Shown here: positions 46,711 through 56,359 of the stretch, one piece after another
Position numbering within the stretch: the stretch's first letter is position 1
Layout: each line of letters begins with the position of its first letter
Assembly: GCF_028293835.1 (NCBI RefSeq)
Contig: NZ_JAQGNX010000179.1
Span: forward strand, 49,169-113,168
Direction: 5' to 3'
DNA from: Pseudomonas sp.
Lineage (GTDB): Bacteria; Pseudomonadota; Gammaproteobacteria; Pseudomonadales; Pseudomonadaceae
Length of the DNA stretch: 64,000 nt
Notes under the pieces: generated by a model
Database searches by the model: none
Seen by the model: only the letters and a program-made list of their open reading frames with translations
What the model was told of the DNA's origin: nothing
Made by a program: the position numbers and the translations under genes

Positions 46711-47331
46711 ATGGCTCGCAAAACTTCAACCGACTATATGCGTGAAATGCGCGCACGGCTGACGGCTGCGGGGTACGTCAAAAGGGAGCTTTACGTGCTT
46801 CCTGAAAACGCTGAGGCCTTGAGAAGTATCGAAAAATGTTTACGCCAGCCCTACTTGGGTAACCGAATAAAACTGGAGGAATTCATGACCGAAAATATCA
46901 ATTGGACGATCGATTCGCTGCACTCGGCGTTGGTGGAACTGGACGCGGTGAAAAGCAGTGAAATCGAGTTGAGCCTTGTCCAGGGTACCGAGCAGAGCTT
47001 GAGTCTGGTGATGAATAACTTCGGCGGCTTGCCGATCATCATCGCTATTGCCGGTGACCAGATTTTGGTGGATTCCGTGCTGGTCTATGCGTCTCAGGTA
47101 AAGGACGTCGCAGGGTTCAACGATACGGTTCTGCGCAGCCGGGACATTTTCCCGCTGTCATCGATCGGTATCGAAACGTTGCCTAACGGCGAAACCGTTT
47201 ACAACATGTTCGGCGCACTGAGCGCTGCCTCTTCGCTGACGGTCATCGTCCATGAAGTATTGACCTTGGCAGATAACGTGATTCGCGCCGCTGATGCCTA
47301 CGAAGACTTTCTAACCGCTGATCCACAGTAA
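46711..47331 (+). CDS. yjfI: YjfI/DUF2170 family protein with N-terminal basic extension
   Basis: C-terminal 148 aa with LPIIIAI, IFPLSSIGI, YNMFGALS; N-terminal MARKTSTDYMREMRARLTAAGYVKRELYV; position directly before pspA. Confidence 0.75.
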   Translation: MARKTSTDYMREMRARLTAAGYVKRELYVLPENAEALRSIEKCLRQPYLGNRIKLEEFMTENINWTIDSLHSALVELDAVKSSEIELSLVQGTEQSLSLVMNNFGGLPIIIAIAGDQILVDSVLVYASQVKDVAGFNDTVLRSRDIFPLSSIGIETLPNGETVYNMFGALSAASSLTVIVHEVLTLADNVIRAADAYEDFLTADPQ

Positions 47332-47346
47332 CCGGGAGACACATTA

Positions 47347-48054
47347 ATGAGCCTTTGGAAGAAAATGGTGACCGCTCTACGTGGTGGTGCCTCCGAGGTT
47401 GGCGAAGCAATCGTCGACGCTCAAGCATTACGAATTCTGGATCAGGAAATCCGTGACGCCGATGCCTCGATGCTCGCCGCGCGTAACCAGCTGATACAAA
47501 TCAAGGCCAAGCACAAGTTGTCCGTTCAGCGTGTGGACGAGCACAACAAGAACATCGCCAACTGGGAACAAAAAGCAGTCGCCGCGATGAATAAAGGTGA
47601 GGAAGGCCTTGCGCTGGAATGTGCTGAAAAGGTTTCAGAACTCACAGCGTTGCGCGATCAGGAGAAGGCCGCTGCGGACCAGTTCGGCGCTCAGGTCACC
47701 AAGTTGACGGCTCAGGTTACTAAAGCCGAAAGTCAGATCAAAGGCCTGCGCCAGCAAGCGGACATGGCCAAAGCCCGTGACAGCGTGCAGCGAGCGCAGA
47801 TCAACGCTGCTGCAGCGACTGGCGGCGCCAATGGTCGTCTGGAAACCGCTGTGGGTTCATTGGCGCGTATCAAGCAGCGTCAGGATGAGCAGGACGCCAA
47901 GCTTGAAGCCGCCGAAGAATTAGCCGATGCAGCCAACGGCGGCGATCTTGAACGTCGCCTGCAAGACGCGGGCATTGGTGCTAAAACCGGCGGGGCCGCT
48001 GACGTTCTTGCCAGATTGAAAGCGCAAAGCCAAGCGGGCAACTCGGGTCAATAA
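47347..48054 (+). CDS. yjfJ: PspA/IM30 (bacterial ESCRT-III) family protein, YjfJ-like
   Basis: MSLWKKMVTALRG, ILDQEIRDA, long coiled coil, LERRLQDAGI. Confidence 0.88.
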   Translation: MSLWKKMVTALRGGASEVGEAIVDAQALRILDQEIRDADASMLAARNQLIQIKAKHKLSVQRVDEHNKNIANWEQKAVAAMNKGEEGLALECAEKVSELTALRDQEKAAADQFGAQVTKLTAQVTKAESQIKGLRQQADMAKARDSVQRAQINAAAATGGANGRLETAVGSLARIKQRQDEQDAKLEAAEELADAANGGDLERRLQDAGIGAKTGGAADVLARLKAQSQAGNSGQ

Positions 48055-48064
48055 GCTGCGTCAG

Positions 48065-48101
48065 AAAGCGGCAGACGAGTTGCTCGTTCGCCGCTTTTTT
48101 T
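48065..48101 (+). terminator. Intrinsic terminator between pspA-like gene and rhomboid gene
   Basis: AAAGCGGC-AG-ACGAG-TTG-CTCGT-TC-GCCGCTTT followed by further T residues (T7 run). Confidence 0.75.
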
Positions 48102-48123
48102 GCCCGGCTTCGATGGTGCAGAC

Positions 48124-48684
48124 ATGATCGCCGGAAATGGACTACGAATAATCCTTGGGCTGGCTGGGTTGATGGTCGTGGCACAGGTAATTAACTCGCT
48201 GACTGCCAACAGCCTGCTGCACTTGGGGTTGGTCCCCAGGACGTTGTACGGGCTGCAAGGCATTGTGTTTGCACCCTTCCTGCACGGCTCTGTCCGGCAT
48301 TTGTTGGCCAACCTGCTGCCTTTTATCGTGTTGAGCTGGTTAGTGGCAACCGAAGGTGTTCAGCGTTACGCCCGGGTTGCGACGTTGGTGGCTTTGCTGG
48401 GTGGGCTGATGGTCTGGGTCATCGGTCGGCCTGTGATACACGTGGGAGCGAGCGGGGTAATCTTTGGTCTGTGGGCTTATCTTCTGGCCCGCGCCTGGTA
48501 TCAACGCAGTCTGCCAAGTTTTGCAATCGCCTTGATCACGTTGCTGGGCTACAGCGGATTGATCTTCGGTTTCATTCCGGTGCCCGGGGTCTCGATTGAG
48601 TCACACCTCAGTGGCGCGCTTGCCGGTATCGTTGTGGCCTGGCTGATGCACTCCAGGCGGCTGGTGGAAAAAAGCAGTGGTTAG
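48124..48684 (+). CDS. Rhomboid family intramembrane serine protease
   Basis: PFLHGSVRHLLAN, GASGVIFG (Ser), SHLSGALAG (His). Confidence 0.9.
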   Translation: MIAGNGLRIILGLAGLMVVAQVINSLTANSLLHLGLVPRTLYGLQGIVFAPFLHGSVRHLLANLLPFIVLSWLVATEGVQRYARVATLVALLGGLMVWVIGRPVIHVGASGVIFGLWAYLLARAWYQRSLPSFAIALITLLGYSGLIFGFIPVPGVSIESHLSGALAGIVVAWLMHSRRLVEKSSG

Positions 48685-48689
48685 GCATT

Positions 48690-49003
48690 TGTCAGCGCAG
48701 CCTTTTCGAAAGGTTCGGCTGGAGAGGTATCGGCATGTTGTTGTGCGTACACTTTGCCCTGTCGTACGCAATGCTTGAGCTGGTAAAGGCGCCACGCAAT
48801 ACCGACATACCCTGCATCACGATTTAAATACAACCTGCGGCGAGCTGTATGTACGGTTACGACAAGCGTTCAGCGCAACCCTCATTGGATATTGCATTCC
48901 AGGTGCCGTCGGTTTTGAAATAAATCTGGCTAACACCACGCCGGTGAAGGGCGGCGATATTTTCTACATTGCTTCGGCACGGCTTGAAGGAACAGCATTA
49001 TGA
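48690..49003 (+). pseudogene. Internally deleted ion (K+, RCK-type) channel gene
   Basis: One frame gives QRSLFERFGWRGIGMLLCVHFALSYAMLELV (TM1-like); another, from 48788, gives GATQY...TCGELYVRLRQAFSATLIGY...PVKGGDIFYIASARL-stop, whose TGA overlaps the yjfK ATG (ATGA). Confidence 0.62.
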
Positions 49004-49668
49004 GTTGGATCAAACGGGCTTTAGGCCTGGCGCCGCCGAAGCCAGCGCCAGGGTCAACAGCGATCAATGCAGCGGGGTTGCCGGGGCCTTTTGGTTTAGC
49101 AACCGGCCGAATGATGGACCTTGATGACTCGCTCACGCTGTTGCTGGAGGGTCATTCTGAATTGATCGTCCCCAACGAAGAGGTGGTGTGGTCAGTGGGC
49201 CGGATCGACCTGGGGCAATCCATGCGGCTGGTGCGTTTTTACTTCGAAGACGAAGACTACTGGATGCAGGCCACCATGAACGGCCCGGCGGCGGAAGATG
49301 TTCAGGACATCATTCTGTTCGGCTACAGCAGTGTGGTGACCATTAACAGTGAAGCGGAATTGAAGCGCTTGGTGGGTCCCGACTCGAAAATCGGTTTGCC
49401 GGTGTTCGAACATGACGGCTGGGAATATGAGCGTCAATGGGGTACGGAACAAGGCCAGACCGAGCTGACGCCGATGACCGAACAGATCGCTAATCCCGAC
49501 GGGGCCTACCGCATCGAGCACTTGAGCATGTTATACGCCCGGGATACCGGCTTGATAGACCGCCGCGAATTCCTGCTTCTTTCCGTCGAGGAAGACGAGC
49601 AGGGCGTTGTTTCCCTGAGTACCTCTCTCGGCGTAACGCTGCAATCCACTGACTTCACGGTCATCTAA
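49000..49668 (+). CDS. yjfK: YjfK/DUF2491 family protein
   Basis: PGPFGLATG, VGRIDLGQSMRLVRFY, YERQWG, EFLLLSVEE, SLGVTL; synteny. Confidence 0.78.
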   Translation: MSWIKRALGLAPPKPAPGSTAINAAGLPGPFGLATGRMMDLDDSLTLLLEGHSELIVPNEEVVWSVGRIDLGQSMRLVRFYFEDEDYWMQATMNGPAAEDVQDIILFGYSSVVTINSEAELKRLVGPDSKIGLPVFEHDGWEYERQWGTEQGQTELTPMTEQIANPDGAYRIEHLSMLYARDTGLIDRREFLLLSVEEDEQGVVSLSTSLGVTLQSTDFTVI

Positions 49669-49679
49669 AAGGAATTAAA

Positions 49680-50105
49680 ATGCTCGACGCCCTAAGCACG
49701 TCCCTCAACGGTCAGTCGGTACTGGGTTTTCTGATCTACATCGCGGTGGCCGCAATCTTGTTCGGCCTGTTTCAGTTGGCCTACACGCGTCTGACGCCGC
49801 ATAAGGAGTTTGCCCTCATCCGCGACGGTAACGTCGCCGCTGCTGTCGCACTGGGCGGTGCACTGATCGGTTTTGCATTGCCTGCCAGTAACGTCATCGC
49901 CTACAGCGTGAACGTGCTGGATGCCGTGGTCTGGGCCGTGATCGCCGCAGCCGTGCAATTGCTCGCGTTTACCGTGACCAGTCTGGTCTTGAAAGATTTG
50001 TCCGCACGCATCAGCCGAGGCGAGCTCGCCGCTGCCATCTACGCCGCCAGTGTCTCCATCAGTGTCGGTTTTCTTAACTCGGCCTGCATGACGCCCTCGA
50101 CCTGA
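49680..50105 (+). CDS. yjfL: YjfL/DUF350 family membrane protein
   Basis: YTRLTPHKEFALIRDGNVAAA, GELAAAI, GFLNSACMT. Confidence 0.88.
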   Translation: MLDALSTSLNGQSVLGFLIYIAVAAILFGLFQLAYTRLTPHKEFALIRDGNVAAAVALGGALIGFALPASNVIAYSVNVLDAVVWAVIAAAVQLLAFTVTSLVLKDLSARISRGELAAAIYAASVSISVGFLNSACMTPST

Positions 50106-50131
50106 TTGGCCTGTCTCGAAAGGAGTATTCG

Positions 50132-50854
50132 ATGAGACGTAGTTCCCTGAAACTGGTCCTGGCCAGCACGCTTCCTCTTGCCATCAGCGCGTGCAGCAAA
50201 ACCGAGGAAGTCACGGCGCGGCAGACTTACCCTACGGTCCAGGCCTGTGTCGATCAAAAGGTCCCGGTAGATGTTTGCTCGGACGCCTACATCAAAGCGT
50301 TGGCTGATTATCGCCGGACCGCGCCTACCTACGATAATGCGGCTGCTTGCGAAGCGGATTTCGTGCCCGATTATTGCCAGCAGAATTCCGATGGCAAGTT
50401 CATGCCCAAGCTGGGCGGTTTCGAACTAGCGCTTTCAGGTAACGTGCCCACGTCTCAGCTCGAGGCTGCCAAAGCCCAGGCGACTCAGTCTGGCGGCGAT
50501 AGTGCCGGAGGCTTTAATGGCAGTGGGCTGCTCATGGGGATGCTGATCGGCAATATGCTGAGCGGCAACGGTGGGGGCGGTCGCTATTATTCGCAGCCGG
50601 TTTACCAGTCCCGTGATTCCCGTGGTGCTTATCAAACCTCGACGCTGTCCAGGCAAATTGAGCAGGGCAAGACCTTCGGTAATTCTACCCAGGCCCGTTC
50701 CAGTTCCACCGGCAGCTACACCCAAAGTACGTTGGGCCGCAGCCTGGGTAATTCCTCAGTCTCGTCTTCTGTGTCCCGTGGTGGTTTTGGTAGCCAGGCG
50801 ACCGCGCGAAGCGGTTGGGGTGGGAAAAGCAGCGGTTCGAGCTTTGGCGGTTAA
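50132..50854 (+). CDS. yjfM: YjfM/YgiB (DUF1190) family lipoprotein
   Basis: Lipobox ISAC; two Cys pairs; CEADF motif; Ser/Gly-rich tail with SRGGFG. Confidence 0.8.
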   Translation: MRRSSLKLVLASTLPLAISACSKTEEVTARQTYPTVQACVDQKVPVDVCSDAYIKALADYRRTAPTYDNAAACEADFVPDYCQQNSDGKFMPKLGGFELALSGNVPTSQLEAAKAQATQSGGDSAGGFNGSGLLMGMLIGNMLSGNGGGGRYYSQPVYQSRDSRGAYQTSTLSRQIEQGKTFGNSTQARSSSTGSYTQSTLGRSLGNSSVSSSVSRGGFGSQATARSGWGGKSSGSSFGG

Positions 50855-50868
50855 CCGGGACGGTATCC

Positions 50869-52026
50869 ATGAAAAAAATCAGTATCGACGAACGTCCTGA
50901 TTGGCGCCAAACGGCCGAGCGCGAGGGTTTCGACTTTCACACCATTGACGGCGAGCGCTACTGGGACGAGCGCGCCTACTACCAATTCACCGAAGAACAG
51001 ATCACCCGCGACATCGAAGCGCCGACCCAGGAGCTTCATGCAATGTGTCTGGATGTTGTGGAGCGGGTCGTGGAAAGCGAAGAACTGTTGACCCGGCTCG
51101 CCATCCCTCCACCATTTTTTGATCTGGTCCGCACCTCTTGGAAAGAAGGCCATCCGCATCTGTATGGACGCTTTGACTTCAGCTACGACGGCGTCAATCC
51201 GGCTAAATTGCTGGAAGGCAACATGGACACGCCGACCTCGGCTTACGAGGCTGGCGCTTTTCAACTGATCTGGCTGGAAGAGCAAGTCGCCTGCGGCGTC
51301 CTGCCAAGGCAGGCCAGCCAGTTCAATTCCCTGGCCGAGGACCTGGTTCGAGCGTTTACCGCCATCAAGCAAGGCGGGCCGTTTTACTTCTCCGCCATGT
51401 CGGGCTCCAGCGAAGACCGCGGTACCACCGACTTCCTCCGAAAAATGGCCGAGCACGCCGGCATCGAAACCCGGCACATCGACATCGAAGACATTGGACT
51501 TGATTCTCACGGAAGATTCGTCGACCTGGAGGGACGCTGGATTGAACGAATTTTCAAGCTGCATGCCTGGGAACATGTATTCCATGAGCCCCACGGGCAG
51601 GCGATTCCGGCGTGCGATACCCAGTTCATCGAACCGGCCTGGAAATCGATTATCTCCAACAAAGGTATTCTGCCGCTGTTATGGGAATACCACCAAGGCC
51701 ACCCAAACCTACTGCCATCCTTCGTCGATCAAGACCCGCGAGCGCCGGTGCCCAAGGGCTGGGTGCGCAAACCCTACTTCTCCCGGGAAGGCGCCAACAT
51801 AGAAATTCGGACCCCTGGCGATCAAGTCATTTTCGAAGATGGCCCCTACAACGACGCCCCCTACATCCTGCAAAAGTTCGCCCCACTGCCTCGATTTGGT
51901 GACAGCTACACCCTGATTGGTTCATGGGTAGTGGGGGACACCGCCTCAGGCATTGGCATTCGTGAAGATGACAGTTTGATCACCAAGGACAGCAGCCGGT
52001 TTTTGCCGCATGTGGTGATCGATTAA
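50869..52026 (+). CDS. yjfC: Glutathionylspermidine synthase-like ATP-grasp protein (YjfC/YgiC)
   Basis: YWDERAYY, LYGRFDF, LLEGNMDTPTS, SNKGILPLLW, KPYFSREGANI, IGIRED; no amidase domain. Confidence 0.9.
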   Translation: MKKISIDERPDWRQTAEREGFDFHTIDGERYWDERAYYQFTEEQITRDIEAPTQELHAMCLDVVERVVESEELLTRLAIPPPFFDLVRTSWKEGHPHLYGRFDFSYDGVNPAKLLEGNMDTPTSAYEAGAFQLIWLEEQVACGVLPRQASQFNSLAEDLVRAFTAIKQGGPFYFSAMSGSSEDRGTTDFLRKMAEHAGIETRHIDIEDIGLDSHGRFVDLEGRWIERIFKLHAWEHVFHEPHGQAIPACDTQFIEPAWKSIISNKGILPLLWEYHQGHPNLLPSFVDQDPRAPVPKGWVRKPYFSREGANIEIRTPGDQVIFEDGPYNDAPYILQKFAPLPRFGDSYTLIGSWVVGDTASGIGIREDDSLITKDSSRFLPHVVID

Positions 52027-52291
52027 GGTTTACCCACACATGCCCATCGGGGGCAAAAAACCATTTGATAACAGCGCGATCAGTCCGCTAAAAGTTAGAT
52101 GTATCAAGAAGTTACGATGCGGGACATTACAATCTACCTCGTTTATTCTCAGCGCCCGATAATTTCACCCGATAAGTGTCACCCAAGCAGCTGAAGCCAA
52201 TGACTAACAAAAAGTCAGCGCAGGAGGGACATACATGTGAGGCCGATGACGTTAGTTGGCTTTGTATGGCATCTACCCAGGTATTAACTGC

Positions 52292-53941
52292 ATGTTGAAG
52301 AAAGCAAATACGGCCCTGTTGGGCCTGGCCCTGTCCTTGGGGCTTATGACTGTCCAGACGGCTGAAGCAAAAACGGTTGATGTGCTGCTCATCGGTGGCG
52401 GCATCATGAGTGCAACCTTGGGCGTTTGGCTCAACGAACTTGAACCCGACTGGTCCATGGAGATGGTCGAGCGCCTTGACGGTGTCGCCGAAGAAAGCTC
52501 AAACGGCTGGAATAACGCCGGTACCGGTCACTCGGCTTTGGCGGAGTTGAACTACACGCCAGAAGACAAATATGGCAAGGTCGAGATCCCCAAGGCCATC
52601 GAGATCAATGAGGCGTTCCAGATCTCGCGTCAGTTCTGGTCGTGGCAGGTCAAAAATGGTGTCTTGAACAATCCTCGCTCCTTTATCAACTCCACGCCGC
52701 ACATGAGTTTTGTGTGGGGCGATGACAACATCAAGTTCTTGAAGAAGCGCTACGAAGCGCTGCAGGCAAGCCCGCTGTTCAGTGGCATGCAGTACTCGGA
52801 AGACCCGGTACAGATCAAGAAATGGGTTCCATTGATGATGGAAGGACGTGATCCGAATCAAAAGATCGCGGCCACTTGGACGCCACTGGGTACCGACGTC
52901 AACTTTGGCGAGATCACCCGCCAGTTCGTCAGCAATCTACAAACCAAGCCCAATTTCGACCTGAAGCTGTCGAGCGAAGTGCGGGACATCGCGCGCAATG
53001 CGGATGGCACGTGGCGTGTTTCTTACAAGAATTTGAAAGACGGCACTGAAACTCAGACCGACGCCAAGTTCGTATTTATCGGCGCGGGCGGTGGTGCTTT
53101 ACGCCTGCTACAGAAGTCCGGTATTCCAGAAGCCAAGGAATATGCAGGCTTCCCGGTGGGTGGCTCGTTCCTGGTGACCGAAAACCCGGCGATCACCGAA
53201 CAGCATCTGGCCAAGGCCTATGGCAAAGCATCGGTCGGCGCACCACCGATGTCGGTTCCGCACCTGGATACCCGTGTGCTGGATGGCAAGCGCGTAATCC
53301 TGTTCGGTCCGTTCGCGACCTTCTCGACGAAGTTCCTGAAGCAAGGTTCTTACTTCGACCTGCTCAGCAGCACCACCACACACAACGTCTGGCCGATGGC
53401 CAAAGTCGGTGTCGAGCAGTACCCGCTGGTTGAATACCTGGCTGGTCAGTTGATGCTGTCAGACGATGACCGCATGAATGCGCTGAAAGAATACTTTCCT
53501 AACGCCAGGAAAGAAGACTGGCGCCTGTGGCAAGCCGGTCAGCGAGTACAAATCATCAAGCGCGATGACGAGAAGGGCGGCGTTCTGAAATTGGGCACCG
53601 AAGTCGTCAGCTCCAAAGACAACAGCATTGCCGGGCTGCTCGGCGCATCGCCTGGCGCCTCCACTGCCGCGCCGATCATGCTCAGCGTGCTTGAGAAGGT
53701 TTTCAAAGACAAAGTCGCGACCCCGGCCTGGCAAAAAAAGCTGCACCAGATTGTTCCGAGCTACGGCACCAAACTCAACGATGACCCGGCGCGGGCGTAT
53801 CAAGAATGGACGTATACCGCGGGCGTGCTTCAGCTGGATACGCCGCCAGTGATTGACCAGGCCGTAACTCCACAAAGCACGGCTCCGACGCAAGCAAAGC
53901 CAGGGAAAAAGAGCAATCCTGAGGCCGATATAGCGCTGTAG
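52292..53941 (+). CDS. mqo: Malate:quinone oxidoreductase
   Basis: [52 protein letters not shown]. Confidence 0.95.
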   Translation: MLKKANTALLGLALSLGLMTVQTAEAKTVDVLLIGGGIMSATLGVWLNELEPDWSMEMVERLDGVAEESSNGWNNAGTGHSALAELNYTPEDKYGKVEIPKAIEINEAFQISRQFWSWQVKNGVLNNPRSFINSTPHMSFVWGDDNIKFLKKRYEALQASPLFSGMQYSEDPVQIKKWVPLMMEGRDPNQKIAATWTPLGTDVNFGEITRQFVSNLQTKPNFDLKLSSEVRDIARNADGTWRVSYKNLKDGTETQTDAKFVFIGAGGGALRLLQKSGIPEAKEYAGFPVGGSFLVTENPAITEQHLAKAYGKASVGAPPMSVPHLDTRVLDGKRVILFGPFATFSTKFLKQGSYFDLLSSTTTHNVWPMAKVGVEQYPLVEYLAGQLMLSDDDRMNALKEYFPNARKEDWRLWQAGQRVQIIKRDDEKGGVLKLGTEVVSSKDNSIAGLLGASPGASTAAPIMLSVLEKVFKDKVATPAWQKKLHQIVPSYGTKLNDDPARAYQEWTYTAGVLQLDTPPVIDQAVTPQSTAPTQAKPGKKSNPEADIAL

Positions 53942-54309
53942 AGCGACACAGCTTTCGCCAGGCAGTGGGTTCAGATTTGGGCCTGACCCTGACCCGGCCC
54001 TGGCTATGTGGCAATCGGGAATTCAGCAGGAACGAAGTTAATCCCGAAGAAAGCAGGCGCGGTGTTCCAGTAGACCGCGCCGACCGCTCCTTGAACACGT
54101 TCGCTTCCACAAGACCCTCGGCAAAGCGTCGAATTTGAATCAGCACAGCGGATTTCTATCCACGCCCGTCGCCCCCCAAGCTTTTTTGCAGGTTTCTCGT
54201 CGATCCCCCGTGCCGCTATCAAACGGCGCAGGCGCACGGCCAGCGGGTTGGTGCAAGGGTAAAAGCGCTTTATGATGGCGAACTTCGCGGTCTGGATTTA
54301 GGCAACTAC

Positions 54310-55209
54310 ATGAAGTGCGTGGTAACCGTTTTATCCGTACTCGCTATGGCAGTCGGGCTCAGTGGCTGTATCAGCGCTCCGATCGAAATGACCCCACAAA
54401 CCGCACAGCGCTTGCAATCGCTGCCTCCGATTCGTTTTCTGCTGACCTTTGACGACGGCCCAAACGCCTCGAGCTTTTTTAACCCATCGCTGCAGGTCCT
54501 TGACGCTCTTGCCGTCAACCCGATTGAACCGGGCATCAAGGCAGTATTTTTCGTACAAACCCGCGCTCCGCGGGCGGGGGGCAGTGAGGTTGGCAAAACG
54601 GTGATGCGCCGTGAACATGCCGAAGGCCATATTTTGGGGTTCCATACCGCGACGCCTTGGCATAGCAACCATCGTTCGCTGAACGCGCAGGAATTGGAGC
54701 AGACGCTCGCCAACGGCAGTGCGGACATCGCTGCGATCACCGGAACCCCGCCGAATCTGGTTCGTCCGCCGTTCTGGAATTACGACAAGCGCACCTTCGC
54801 CGCGTATCAGCAGCACGGCATGCATGTAGTGCTGACCGACCTCAGCGCCAATGACGGCAAGATCTGGGGCTACAACCTCAGCCTGCGTCGACGTTCGCAT
54901 ATGGTCAGGGAATTATCAGTGCTGCGCGAGAAGATCGCCGCCGGTGAACTGCCAGCCGTTGAGGGCGCGATTCCGGTGGTGGTGACCTTTCATGACATCA
55001 ACCGTTACACCGCTCGGCATGCTCAGGAATACCTGCAGATCCTGATCGACAGCGCACGCGAGACGGGCATGACCACTGCCGCCAAGCCGTTTTACGACGA
55101 TCAGGCCGAGTTGCAGCGCGCGGTAATGGCTCGCACCGTCACCACTAGTTCGGAACCGGTGAATTTGCCAGGCTTCTGGAATTGGTGGTGGGACGGAGAT
55201 TCACATTGA
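54310..55209 (+). CDS. Polysaccharide deacetylase (CE4) lipoprotein
   Basis: Lipobox LSGC; LTFDDGP, VRPPFW, TFHD motifs. Confidence 0.85.
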   Translation: MKCVVTVLSVLAMAVGLSGCISAPIEMTPQTAQRLQSLPPIRFLLTFDDGPNASSFFNPSLQVLDALAVNPIEPGIKAVFFVQTRAPRAGGSEVGKTVMRREHAEGHILGFHTATPWHSNHRSLNAQELEQTLANGSADIAAITGTPPNLVRPPFWNYDKRTFAAYQQHGMHVVLTDLSANDGKIWGYNLSLRRRSHMVRELSVLREKIAAGELPAVEGAIPVVVTFHDINRYTARHAQEYLQILIDSARETGMTTAAKPFYDDQAELQRAVMARTVTTSSEPVNLPGFWNWWWDGDSH

Positions 55210-55288
55210 TCTGGTGCGGCTACCGACAACCCGCTCCTGCTCTGATAAGCAATTTCAAGTGAGCGCCATACCAACGCAGTAGCACCAC

Positions 55289-56359
55289 TCACTTGCCCAT
55301 CACCGCCAAATGAATCTCCTGCAATGGCAGAATCCGCTTGGCGGCGCCGAGCTTGATCGCCTCCTTGGGCATGCCAAACACCACGCAGCTGGCTTCGTCC
55401 TGAGCCACGGTGGCAGCACCCGCGTCGAGCATCTCCTTCAGGCCACGGGCGCCATCGTCGCCCATGCCGGTCATGATAATCCCGCTGGCGTTCTTGCCAG
55501 CGAACTTGGCCACCGAGCGGAACAACACGTCCACCGACGGTCGATGCCGGTTGACCTGCGGTCCATCGACCACCTGAACGTGGTAATACGCACCGCTGCG
55601 GGTCAATAACATGTGCCTGCCGCCGGGGGCAATCAGCGCAAGGCCTGGCAATACGCGGTCGTTGTGGCGGGCTTCACGTACTTCAATCTGCGAGATGCTG
55701 TTGAGGCGCTCGGCAAATGCCGCGGTGAACTTTTCCGGCATGTGCTGGACGATGACAATGCCGGGGCAGACACGGGGCAAGGCGGTCAGAACGGCTTCCA
55801 GCGCTTGAGTGCCGCCGGTGGAGGTGCCTATTGCAACGATGCGCTCGGTGGTCTGCGGCATAGCGTGACCGTTGGCGGCAGGCAGGATCGCGTCGGCGTT
55901 TAGTTTGCCGGGCGGCTCAATACGTGGCGCAGCGACGCGTTTGCCAAGGTTCTTCACGTTAGCATTGGCCGCAGCGCGAATCGCTCCAATCAATTCAGCG
56001 GAGGACTCAAGCAAAAAGTTCTTTAGCCCGATTTTCGGTTTGGTGATGATCTCAACCGCGCCTGCCGCAAGGGCCTGCAAGGTGGTTTCGGCGCCTTTTT
56101 CGGTCAGCGATGAACAGATAACTACCGGCGTAGGCCGTTCAGCCATTATTTTTTTCAGAAACGTGATGCCGTCCATACGTGGCATTTCCACGTCCAGCAC
56201 GATGACGTCGGGCCATTCCCGGGCGAGCTTGTCCATGGCAAAAATCGGGTCCGAAGCAGCGGCCATCAGTTGAATGTCTGGCGTGCTCTCAAGAATGGCC
56301 TGCAACACCTGCCGCACCACGGCAGAGTCATCAACGACCAGTACCCTTATCTTTCTCAT
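55289..56359 (-). CDS. cheB: Chemotaxis methylesterase
   Basis: Receiver VVDDS...LDVEMP; GTSTGG, VQHMP, GMGDDG. Confidence 0.95.
   Translation of the reverse strand: MRKIRVLVVDDSAVVRQVLQAILESTPDIQLMAAASDPIFAMDKLAREWPDVIVLDVEMPRMDGITFLKKIMAERPTPVVICSSLTEKGAETTLQALAAGAVEIITKPKIGLKNFLLESSAELIGAIRAAANANVKNLGKRVAAPRIEPPGKLNADAILPAANGHAMPQTTERIVAIGTSTGGTQALEAVLTALPRVCPGIVIVQHMPEKFTAAFAERLNSISQIEVREARHNDRVLPGLALIAPGGRHMLLTRSGAYYHVQVVDGPQVNRHRPSVDVLFRSVAKFAGKNASGIIMTGMGDDGARGLKEMLDAGAATVAQDEASCVVFGMPKEAIKLGAAKRILPLQEIHLAVMGK

Noticed and set aside
50869-52026. Calling this a true glutathionylspermidine synthetase
   Set aside because: No amidase domain and the yjf context points to the YjfC/YgiC subfamily.
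52041-52058. TGCCC-ATCG-GGGGCA hairpin followed by an A-run after yjfC
   Set aside because: U-tract is on the minus strand where no gene ends; too weak to call.
52201-52221. TGACTAAC-AAAAA-GTCAGCGC upstream of mqo, matching the core of the island operator
   Set aside because: Core fits but the outer TAA/TTA flanks do not, and it is far from the island; not counted as a regulon site without a PWM score.
53942-54309. Possible eroded CDS on the minus strand (LIQIRRFAEGLVEANVF / GAVYWNTAPAFFGINFVP)
   Set aside because: Looks protein-like but I cannot assign a family; needs blastx.
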